A stretch of 64,000 bases of DNA from Octopus vulgaris (taxonomy: Eukaryota): NCBI GenBank assembly GCA_951406725.2, contig OX597824.1, forward strand, positions 72,788,001 to 72,852,000. The letters are read 5' to 3'. Every line of letters starts with the position of its first letter. Position 1 is the stretch's first letter. A program made the translations under genes and the position numbers. This document shows, in pieces, positions 24,744 to 35,625 of the stretch. The notes under the pieces are model-generated. The model was not told the DNA's origin. It made no database searches and worked only from the letters and a program-made list of their open reading frames with translations.

Positions 24744-25365
24744 CTTTATGAGCTGCTCTCCAGCTATCTATCTGAGGCTCTATATAGCTATGGTGCAGCC
24801 TCACCTGGAATTTGCATCACCGGTCTGGAACCCCTACCTTGCCCAGGATAATAATCATCTGGAAACCGTTCAGCGATGTGCCACCAAGAGAATACCATCC
24901 ATCAGGCATTTGCCATATTCTGAACACCTTACTTCCCTGGGTATGGATACATTGAAACTCTGACATCTGGCAGACACCCATAAAATTATTAACTATTTAC
25001 TAACAATAACTTTGAGCAACTTTTCAAACTCCACCTGTCTAACACCCGTGGACATGTTTACAAAATCAGAAAAAAGCACAGCTCCCATGACTTTTGGAAA
25101 CGTTTTTTTTACGCTAAGAGTTGCTGAAGCATGGAACAAACTGCCGGCATTAGTTGTTAGTTGTTGGAGCACTGCATCCTTCAAAACTTCCTGAGATTCG
25201 CCAACACTACACCTGATTTTCTCCCCTCCATACACATACAAGCATGTATCTGACTCATACACTGTTCGCTTTCCAGAGATTTGTACATTACTGCATATGC
25301 TTTATATGCACTTTTGACAAGTTGTGGTGCACCTGAGCACTGTATAACAATAATTTCATTATATT
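24744..25365 (+). mobile_element. CR1-clade LINE 3' fragment
   Basis: LRLYIAMVQPHLEFASPVWNPY...; nearly identical to 1-572. Confidence 0.85.
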
Positions 25366-28326
25366 AAAACCTGAGTTAAAAGAATCATAATATTTCAAAC
25401 ATAAAATAAGGCAGTGGGCTGGCAGAAGTGTTAGCACGTCAGGCAAGATGCTTAGCATCGTTTCATCTGTCTATATGTTCAAGGTTCAAATTCCACCAAG
25501 GTTAAGTTTGCCTTTCATTTTTCACAGTTGATAAAACGAGTACCAGTTGAGCACTGGAGTCAATATAATTGCCTTACCCACCACCCCTGAACTTTCTGGC
25601 CTTGTGTCAAAATTTGAAATCAATAGTTCAAACATAAGCAGGAGGCTTGAAATTTGGGGAAAGTGGGTTAGTCAATTAAATCAACTCCACCACTTGGTTT
25701 GGCAGGTAGATTATCTTAGAGAACTTGACGGAATGAAAGGCTAAGCTGACTGTAGCAGGATTTGAAAAATAACAATTACAACAATAACAATAATAATCCT
25801 TTCTACTGGAGGCACAGGCTTTGAATTTGTGGGAAGGGGCAAAGTTGATTACATCAATCCCAGTGTTTCACAGGTACTTAATTTATCTGTTTCTTTATTA
25901 CCCACAAGGGTCTAAACATAGAGGGGACAAACAAGGACAGACATAGGTATTAAGTCGATTACATCGACCCCAGTGCGTAACTGGTACTTAATCTATCGAC
26001 CCTGAAAGGATGACAGGCAAAGTCGACCTTGGTGGAATTTGAACTCAGAACATAGCGATGGGTGAAATACTGCTAAGCATTTCATCCAGCATGCTAATGA
26101 TTCTGCCAGCTCACCGCTCTAATAATAATAATAATGATAAACTTACCATGAGCCTATGTAAGAATGATTTTCTCTTCTTTTTCTTTTGAAGGTGCTACAA
26201 GTGGCTGTGTGATGACTTCAGCAATTTTTGTTAATGAATGTTACGAGTAGCAAAGTTGAACTCACCTATTTTAATTGTATCATGCTTTGATAAACTGATG
26301 CATAATCCATATCTATATTTTATATTATGTTTATACAAATTTTATACAAATTTAAGACATTATAAACATTGATTACATTATAATAATTATGTTGCATATA
26401 TATGTGATTTTTATTTGCAATAAAAAAAAATATATTCTGTCTATATTTTATGGCATTTATATTTATATTTGAACAATGTATATATGAAATTCTAAGTGCA
26501 TGTGTGTGTGTGTGTATGTGTGTGATTATCATTATCAACATTGTTTCTCAACGTCAACTTTTCCATGTTCACATGGATCAAATGAAATTCATGGTGGAAG
26601 ATTTTCTACAGCTGGATGCCCTTCCTATCACTAATTCTGACCTGTTTTCAAGGAAGGTAACATTTCCCCGCTGGCCAGACGTTTTCACAGAAGAATGAAA
26701 ATGAAAGACAACACATGCATGTATAACAACAACTATCACATGATGTCAAGACAAAGAGACATATGCACACATTTATACATAAACAGGCATATATACATGG
26801 ATAGATTTCAGTTCCCATTTACCAAATCCACTTAGAGGGCTTGCCACGTAATGGAACTGAACTTGAAATTATGTGGTTTGGAAACAAACTTCTCAATCAC
26901 ACATCAACACCTGCACTTACACACAGCCATATATATATGTTTATGAATGACTTAGAGAAGGCATTTGACAGGGTCCCATGTTCAGTAACTTAGTGGTCTC
27001 TAAGGAAACTAGGCATTGATGAATGGCTTATGAATGCTATACAAGCCATATAGAAAGATGTAGATAGTAAAGTGAGAATCGATGATTTCAGTGAGGAATT
27101 AAATGTGAAGGTAGGAGTCCATCAAGGCCCAAAATTGTCTCTCCTTCTCCATTATCATACATCTCTTACTCTCCCTATGCATTATATTTGCTTCTCCCTT
27201 CACACTCTTGCAACTTATCCACCCACACCCAGCTCTCATCCTTCCTTTGTCTACTGTATTATTATTACTATTCTGCTGGTCTTCTTGCCCCAATCACACC
27301 CAATTCATACAGTCATCTCCTACTCTTCCCTCTAACACATCGTCTTCATCTATTCCACAGCCTCACCATCCCGTATACATTCTTGCAATCTTTAACCTCC
27401 CACACTTCCTGTTCTACTATCTCTTCTTATTTCTACTCACCTTATATCTTGAGGATTCACATTTTTCTATTTTCTTTTCTATTTTAGTAGCCATGTAGCA
27501 CCTCTAAGCAAAAACCTGTTGTTCTGGTTCCACTTCTCTTACTTTAATCTCGTATCTCCTAGCCTTCTTCACTACCACAGCCTTACAGTCGTAGCAGATC
27601 TTAAGTCTTGCAAGCTGCATGGCAACCTCACTAGTGTTGGCACTACAAAGCATCCAATACGCTCTGATAAGTGATTGGCAATAGGAGGGGAACACAGCCA
27701 TAGAAACCATGCCAAAGCAGATGTTAGAATAGTGTGCAGTCCTCAGACCCATTCGATCCTCTCAAACTATCCAATTCCTGCCAGCATGAAAGATGGATGT
27801 TAAAAGTTGAAACTGGCTTCCGTGCCGGTGGCATGTAAAAGGCACCATTCGAGCGTGATCATTACCAGCATCACCTTACTGGCACCTGTGCCGGTGGCAT
27901 GTGTAAAAAGAGTCGAGTGAGGTCGTTGCCAGTACCACCTGACTGGCCCCCATGCTGGTGGCATGTAAAAAGGACCCACTACACTCTTGGAGTGGTTGGC
28001 ATTAGGAAGGGCATCAAGCTGTAGAAACACTGCCAGATCAAGATTGGAGCCTAGTGCAGCCATCTGGTTCGCCAACCTTCAGCCAAAATCGTCCAACCCA
28101 TGCTAGCATGGAAAGCAGACGTTAAACGATGAAGATACACACAGACACATATGTGTATATAGTAGAATAAGAAATAGAAAGTCCTTGGTATAGTATTATG
28201 TATTTGAAAAAATGAATACAAAACCACTTTCAAGCGAGAAACTCCTATCAGAGTCACCCTTCGTAAACTCATAAACATCAAATTACACTGGACAACAAAG
28301 ATTTTGCTATTGGAGTATAAGCATGT

Positions 28327-28574
28327 AAGGTGTTTATAAGCCATTTAAGAAACACACAAAAACTGTTAGATTCACTTCAACATTTAAATTTAATTTGACA
28401 AAATATTTTCAGCGCTTTGAGACCGCGACCTGTTCACTGACAAAATTCTGTGCTGAATTTTGTCAGTGAACAGGTCATGGTCTCAAAATGACGAAAATAT
28501 TTTGAAAAACTAAATTTAAATGTTGAAGTGAATCTGACGGTTTTTGTGTTTCCTAAATGGCTTATAAACACCTT
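28327..28574. repeat. ~248-bp near-perfect palindrome carrying two divergent hammerhead-like motifs
   Basis: Arms AAGGTGTTTATAAGCC...GACAAAATTC and GAATTTTGTC...GGCTTATAAACACCTT around a 6-nt spacer TGTGCT. Confidence 0.9.
28459..28509 (+). ncRNA. Hammerhead-like motif with G3-C8 core
   Basis: uuuguca-GUGAACA-G-GUCAU(ggucucaaa)AUGAC-GAAA-AUAUUU|ugaaaaa; mirror copy at 28394-28444 (-). Confidence 0.55.
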
Positions 28575-28849
28575 CCACACTGCAATTGTTTTCGTTCCAG
28601 CACACGATCTCAGATCAGGCCACTTGCTATGCAAGTACATCTCCGTAATTCTAAAAGCATGTGTTTTAGACTAAATCAAGGATGCTGATTCTGAATCTCC
28701 ACTCAGAATTGTTGTAGCATGTCAGGTGCAGGATTCTACTTTCAGCTAGATATAGGCCGTATTATAAAATTTGCTAAAATAAAAGCGGTCTCAATTCAAA
28801 ATTAAAGAAATAATTGCAATAAAACAATGAGAAAGTTCTTTTAGTTTAG

Positions 28850-29280
28850 TGGCTGAATGGAAAACAGAAGGGAATGCCTTTTGCTGTACCAATGGTATGG
28901 CATGAGCCAACCAATCATGTTTCTGATTGTTACTTTTGCATGACTAAAACAAGTGGTTTCTCAAAGAAAACCAAAGCAAAAATTGTGTATGCAGATTGTA
29001 AGTTGGGTCGAAAACCAGTTCCACATGACTTCAAGAACTCTGTCCCAGTTCCTCTCTTACATGATTCACTTGAAGACCTTGACACGTTGCATGATGAACC
29101 CCCCAACTCTCCTATTGACAAAGAGTATGTTGTTGATTCTAAGAAAAATGAGCCATACTTGTTTAATCAAGAAGATTTGAATGATTTAGTAAGAGACCTA
29201 GCATTGTCAAAGGAGAAATCAGAAGTTTTGGGATCCAGACAACAGCAAGGTATGAAAATTTCTATTTCAGAGCCTAAGTA
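28850..29280 (+). mobile_element. Chapaev3-like (CMC) transposase fragment
   Basis: WLNGKQKGMPFAVPMVWHEPTNHVSDCYFC...FNQEDLNDLVRDLALSKEKSEVLGSRQQQ, motifs recognised from Chapaev-3 transposases. Confidence 0.7.
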
Positions 29281-29478
29281 AATGTTGCAAGAGAGATACC
29301 CTTGACCCAGTGGAAAATCAGGAAAAGAGAGAAGGCTGTACCAGTACTTGGCTGGTACTAATTTCAGCTGAGCAGATTGAAGATGAAAAGAGGTGCCTTG
29401 CTCAAAGATATAACATGCTGCCTGGTCCAGGAATTGAACCTATGACATTGCATCAACATACCTGCATATATGTATATA

Positions 29479-29792
29479 CTGGGTCATCCCATAAATAATG
29501 CAGTTCTTTTATACTTCTTTTACTTTTTCAAAATTAAGATAAACAGAGTTATTTTTTTAATCTAAAATATACTCTCCTTCATTTTCCACAATGCTCTTCC
29601 ATCTATCTGGTACACTTGCAATGCCCCTCTTCCAAAATTCACTTGTCCATCACGAAAAATACTCCTCCAGTACTGTTCTGACCTCATCTACAGAATTCCT
29701 TTTTTTTTTCCGTCCAAATGATTTAGAAGACTGTGGAATAAATGATAATTAGATGGGGTAGTGTCCAGCGAATAAAGTGGGTGGGGCATCAT
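29479..29792 (-). mobile_element. mariner transposase 3' fragment with right end
   Basis: MPHPLYSLDTTPSNYHLFHSL (HPPYSPDLAPSDYHLF-like)...DRWKSIVENEGEY; internal stop. Confidence 0.8.
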
Positions 29793-30204
29793 ACATGTGC
29801 ATATATATTATATACATATGCATATATACATTGTATAAACTTTAAGCTAAGTCTTACCAAGTATTTGTGTAGATCTTGTCTAATATGACGATACGAAGAA
29901 AATTGTTTTGAGATAGTAATTGTGCACTTAAAAATTTAAGTATTTAAAACAAATCAAAATATATCAACTAGATTATGGTTGGGATATATCATCGTCATTT
30001 AACATCCGCTTTCCATGCCAGTATGGGTTGGACGATTTGACTGAGGTCTGGCGAACCAGATGGCTGCACCAGACTCCAATTTGATTTGGCAGAGTTTCTA
30101 CAGCTGGATGCCCTTCCTAATGCCAACCACTCCGAGTGTAGTGCGTGCTTTTACGTGCCACCAGCACGAGGGCCAGTCAGGTGGTACTGGCAACGGCCGC
30201 CAAA

Positions 30205-30900
30205 TTAGCCACCCTCAGCTTCCTTCATAGCCTCAAGACAGCTCCAGAACCTGGTACACACGTTCCTCAGTGTGTCCCTGGGAAGATCTTCAAACACCTC
30301 CTTTATCCAGGCCATGAGCTCAGCCTTGGTATTGTAGGCAGAGAAGTTGGTGCCTTTCTCAACTATGCCCCACATATAATAATCTATGGGATTACAATCG
30401 GGAGAATTAGGAAGCCAGAAATTAGGGTTGGCTAAGTTGTAGAAATTCTCTCTAACTCTTTCTGGAGATATGGCAAGGAGCAGAATCTTACTGGTACACA
30501 TATGGCCTTCCAGCAGCAAATCTCTCCAGCCAGGGTTTGACCAGTCTTGAACAGCTTCAGTCATCTGAATTGAGCCTATGGCCTCGTTCAAAGATGTGGG
30601 GATCAATTCTGGTGTGCAAACACTGTCAAACTACCTGTTGTGTCCCTTCCTGCTGCACAAGGCTTCCTAGTCTCTGTTGCAGCTGTCCATGTAACACCTA
30701 ATGGTCTTCACAGTGTTCACAGAGCACTGAGCAGCAAATGTTGATGTTAGCATTTTGATACCTGGCATAAATCATCACAATACAGGTAACACTCTTCCAA
30801 TATTCTGATGACTTCTAGTCCTCCATATCAGCTAACTTTTTCTCGACTACAATCTTTATGCTCTCCAACACTGTTTGCCAATACATCAAGATGTTCCTGA
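30205..30900 (-). mobile_element. Tc1/mariner (maT-like) transposase remnant
   Basis: FWLPNSPDCNPIDYYMWGIVE...CTRFWSCLEAMKEAEGG. Confidence 0.75.
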
Positions 30901-30957
30901 TAAAATGACTGAAACAAATATAAGAAAAAAAGAAATATATATATATATATATATATA

Positions 30958-31446
30958 CCGTAAATCCTCAAGTATAGTCCGCCCTTGAGTATAATACACA
31001 GGGGATTTTTAGGGGGCTGTACCTCTGGAAAACCTAAACCTTGTGTATAATACGCACCCCTTCTTGAACTTGAGTCAAGGAGGTCTATATAACGTCCTTT
31101 ATTATTATTGTATATATAACATAATGCAAACGTGTAGCTATTTTGTACATTTTGTTTGCAGAAAATAAAGAAATAACATTAATAACAGTAATAACGTTTA
31201 ATAAATGTTGGTTACTGCATGTTATGGATGATCATTTTATGACTTCATTGCTTTCAGGCTTAGCTTAAGGTATTTTCGCCCCCGACATCACAAATGCATC
31301 TGAATAAACATTGCCGGACAGCAAATAGAGACTTGGACATTGCTTAGAAAACATTTTTCATTTTTAACCTCGTATATAGTACGCACTAGGGATTTTGACC
31401 ATTAAATTTTGGGAAAAAAATGCGGATTATACTCAAGGATTTACGG
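30958..31446. mobile_element. pogo/Tc2-like MITE within (TA)n
   Basis: 25-bp TIR CCGTAAATCCTCAAGTATAGTCCGC / GCGGATTATACTCAAGGATTTACGG, TA flanks. Confidence 0.8.
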
Positions 31447-31934
31447 TATATATATATACTATCATCATCCTTTAACGTCCATTCCATGCTGGCATGGGTT
31501 GGATGATTTGCCACTGCATTTATATGTATGTGTGTATATACATGTTTGTATTACTATCTCATTATCTTGATTTCATGTGACAGTAGTAAACAAACATCAA
31601 CGTCATGCAAACATGTTTGGTCATGGGGGGTATTACCTTACTTGGAAACAGGTGAGGGTTAGCATTAGGAAGAGCATTTGGTTGTTGAAAATGCACCTCA
31701 ATTAATCCAACCTGATTAACATAAGCATAGAAAAGTAGATGTTAAACAATGATGATGGCATAATTTCATCATGCTACCCAGGTCTTATGAAGGTTTTTGC
31801 TCTCTGCTTCTTAAAGCTTGTGACTCTCTGGTGCTGCAGTCTGGCTGGCTGCAACTGCTTCCCAGGTGTTGGAGGTGATGTTGGTTGCTTTCATGTCAGG
31901 CAGGCACACATCCTTCTATTTCAGGTGAGAGTTA

Positions 31935-32350
31935 AGGCGGCTAGCTGGCAGAAATGATAGCACGCCGGGCGAAATGCGTAGCCGTATTTCGTCTGCCGTT
32001 ACGTTCTGAGTTCAAATTCCGCCGAGGTCGACCTTACCTTTCATCCTTTCGGGGTCGATAAATTAAGTACCAGTTACGCACTGGGGTCGATGTAATCGAC
32101 TTAATCCATTTGTCTGTCTTTGTTTGTCCCCTCTGTGTTTAGCCCCTTGTGGGTAGTAAAGAAATAGGTATTTCGCCTGCTGCTACGTTCTGAGTTCAAA
32201 TTCCGCCGAGGTCGACCTTACCTTTCATCCTTTCGGGGTCGATAAATTAGGTACCAGCTACGCACTGGGGTCGATGTAATCGACTTAATCCGTTTGTCTG
32301 TCTTTGTTTGTCCCCTCTGTGTTTAGCCCCTTGTGGGTAGTAAAGAAATA
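31935..32350 (+). mobile_element. Young family-4 SINE with internal ~184-bp tandem duplication
   Basis: 31984-32167 repeated almost identically at 32168-32350; CpGs intact. Other copies at 25885-26120 (-), 38020-38252 (-), 46856-47075 and 60099-60289 (TSD GATAAATATAGAAAT). Confidence 0.85.
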
Positions 32351-32983
32351 TAATTCAGGTGAGAGTAACTGTTACCACTCAACATAGATGCCAGTACACC
32401 ACTGAGCAGGTCTTTTTGAATACAACTATGATATATCTGTATATATACATACATACATATATGTATGATATATAATGTATATTTTATATACTCATATACC
32501 CATATATATAAAATACATAATCTGTTTAAAAAAAAAAGTAGTGTTAAGGCATGTTTTATATATAAAAACAAATTACATACATATGGGTCACAAAGTATGT
32601 GTGTGCATAAATACATGCACACATACATAAAGCTTCAAATACATCAACATATTGTCATCATTTTGTGTTTCTGCATGCTTTCAGGAGTCAGATGGGTCTT
32701 CCCCAGTACAGTCTCTTGTTACTTGTTGCAGTCCTTTCTCATTTCTTTCATGAGATACAGCATTCACCATTTCATTCCACTTCTATCTCAATCTTCCTAT
32801 TTTGCATACATTTTGTACTCGGATTACTTAACACTTCATCCAACTGTTATCCTTCAAAAGCATCATGTATCTATACTAGCAAACCTTCTCTCTTGCACAC
32901 TACATCTGATTCCTCTTATACAAATTGTTTCCTTCAGTTTATCTATCTGTTATCTGCTGTTTTCCATGCACACTAACAGAATG

Positions 32984-33194
32984 CAGGGTGTCCATAAATT
33001 ATCTTTACAATTCCCACAATTTATTATCAAGATGTGTTGCATGCAACAAATGGAGCCCATATGGAAGTATTCTGATGTTTCTAATAAAATTTTATTTATT
33101 TACCTATATTATCAAGTAAATTCTGCTGAGTTATCCTTATTTTTCATTTCTTTATGATCTCTTCAAATTGTAAAAGTAATTTATGAACACCCTG
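32984..33194. mobile_element. Tc1/mariner-type MITE
   Basis: CAGGGTGTCCATAAATTATCTTTACAATT / AATTGTAAAAGTAATTTATGAACACCCTG|TA. Confidence 0.75.
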
Positions 33195-34375
33195 TACGTT
33201 TGGTCAAGCTTGCTCACCTCATTCCTATCTAGGCTTTATATTCAATGCCTATGTTTCATTAACATGCAGTTTTACTCTTTATATACAAACATCATACAAT
33301 CTGCTGCCCTTTACTCATCAGAATCCCTTAGATGCCAACAGAGGAAATAACTCCCCAAATCCTTTATACCTCAACCATATACTGGCCATTATGCTTTTGC
33401 AACATACACGTCTACTGTTAGATCATAGAGGTACAGATGCTATTACCTATTTCTACTGAGCTTTCTGAGCAAATGTGAGTCTTTTTATCATCATCATCAT
33501 CATTGTTTAGCGTCCGCTTTCCATGCTGGCATGGGTTGGACGGTTCAACTGGGGTCTGGGAAGCCAGAAGGCTGCACCAGGCCCAGTCTGATCTGGCAAT
33601 GTTTCTATGGCTGGATGCCCTTCCTAACGCCAACCACTCCATGAGTGTAGTGGATGCTTTTTACATGCCACCTGCACAGGTGCCAGGCGAGGCTGGCAAC
33701 GGCCACGATTGGGTGGTGCTTTTTACGTGCCACCGGCACGGAGGCCAGGCGAGGCTGGCAACGGCCACGATCAGATGGCGCTTTTTACGTGCCACCGGCA
33801 CGGAGGCCAGGAGAGGCTGGCAAACGGCCACGATTGGACGGTGCTTTTTACGTGCCACCGGCATGGAGGCCAGGAGAGGCTGGCAACGGCCACGATCGGA
33901 TGGTGCTTTTTACGTGCCACTTGCACGGAGGCAGTCGGGGCAGCGCCCACTCCTGTGAATCGGCTATAATTGAAGTCCCTTTTCTGACAACCTATCTGTG
34001 ATATCACAGCATTGCTTATGCACCCATTGTTTATACTGAGTGCACGGTTTAGAATTTCTACTGATTTCTTTTCTGCATATCAGTCATGGCATTTCTGAGA
34101 TAATAGTAAAAGCTTGTATTGTATCTTGCTAATGAAATCGTTTGTCTTTGCTATGCTTAATTTTAAACCTTTGATTGTGGGCTCTGTTTCCATGTTAGGG
34201 ACTTTTCCCCCAACCTTTTCAAATGATCAAGCTTGGGAAAATAGGTTGTTGACATAAAAGAGTTTCCATGAACAGCCAACCTTGTACTCCTACCTCTGTT
34301 ATGACCTGAAGAGCTAAAAGAAACAGAAAAGATTGAGAAACTGCTGCTAAATTCTTCACTTAAGTTGTTGCTAAA

Positions 34376-34376
<1 letters not shown>

Positions 34377-34406
<30 letters not shown>

Positions 34407-34429
34407 CACATACATAATTATATACATAC

Positions 34430-34467
<38 letters not shown>

Positions 34468-34479
34468 GCATATATATGC

Positions 34480-34514
<35 letters not shown>

Positions 34515-34534
34515 TATGCATATACATATATATA

Positions 34535-34576
<42 letters not shown>

Positions 34577-34810
34577 TATATATATATATATACACATACA
34601 TACATATATATATATACACATACATATACATACATACATATATATACATACATACATATACATACATATATATACATACATACATATACATACATACATA
34701 CATATATATACATACATACATATACATACATACACAACCTATTTGGTTATATATATATATATATATACATACACATACACACCATACACACACACATACA
34801 TATATGCATT
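34377..34810. repeat. ~430-bp (TA)n/(TACA)n microsatellite downstream of the FBXO28 stop
   Basis: Directly visible. Confidence 0.95.
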
Positions 34811-34975
34811 TAAATATATTTACAAGGTGGAAGGAGCTGTGTCCATTTAAAAACAAATTAAAATAGTAATATATATATATATTTAATTTTTATCAGTTTT
34901 TTTTTCCCTCTTCTTGCTTTTTCTCCTTCGGTAACATTCCAAGTCTGTGAGAGACAGACAGGCAAGTAGTTAGTT

Positions 34976-35625
34976 CTACTGTTTGTAATGTTTTGTAATT
35001 GGTAGGTCACTTTGATTTTCAGACACGGAAAGCCTTCGTTTTATAGTCTTTCTGGCTTTCTGGTTCGCTATATCACTTAAGTGGTCTAAAGATGGATCCA
35101 CTATGTGCTCTGACACAGAGCTGACACTATTGCAACCAGGGGAGTCAAAGTCTGCCTCCTCATGCCCTTCACAGATTTTGGTATCAAGGTCAGCATAAGA
35201 AGGTAATTTACTAGTAAACTTGTCCTCATACAAAACAAGCTTCTGGTTTAGTTCAGCAATTTTCCTCCCCTGGTCATTCACCCTATCATTAAGTTCCGCC
35301 ATTGTTTTGCCCTGGCTTAAAAGTTTGCTGCTCAGCTCATCAACCTTGCGCTCTTCTTCAAGAAGTCGTGTGTTCAAGTCGGACAAACATTTGTTCTGGA
35401 TTTTGCAGCGCTTCTTCTGAACGAGCACTTTCTTTGCAAGCTCTCTGGAGTTTTTGCGCTGCATGCTGTACTTACTCTGCATTTCATTAAGTTCTCGTTT
35501 GAAAACCTTCATGGAATTGCTGTGTGAACGAATCAGTGTATGCATGTTAGTGATCTCTTCCCTTAGGGAAATGGCTCGAATACTAGGCTGGGTGTTATTC
35601 AGTGGTACTATAGCACTGGAAGTTC
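34976..35625 (-). CDS. FBXO28: F-box only protein 28, last coding exon (coiled coil and basic tail)
   Basis: ttttag| acceptor, phase 1 completes GGA; open to TAG at 34976; REEITNMHTLIRSHSNSMKVFKRELNEMQSK aligns with the FBXO28 coiled-coil region. Confidence 0.85.

Noticed and set aside
32465-33157. 230-aa ORF
   Set aside because: Low-complexity AT-rich sequence overlapping LINE debris and a MITE; no recognisable domain or splice logic.
33654-33960. CRISPR-like ~50-bp repeats
   Set aside because: Tandem internal units of a SINE with no unique spacers or cas genes; eukaryotic context.
34163-34372. Possible extra FBXO28 coding exon
   Set aside because: Downstream of the in-frame stop, no homology and no matching donor; more likely 3' UTR.
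34360-34866. Multiple YI/HT/VC-rich ORFs, also near 1128, 16405-16855, 18606-19544 and 23841-24194
   Set aside because: Translations of microsatellites.
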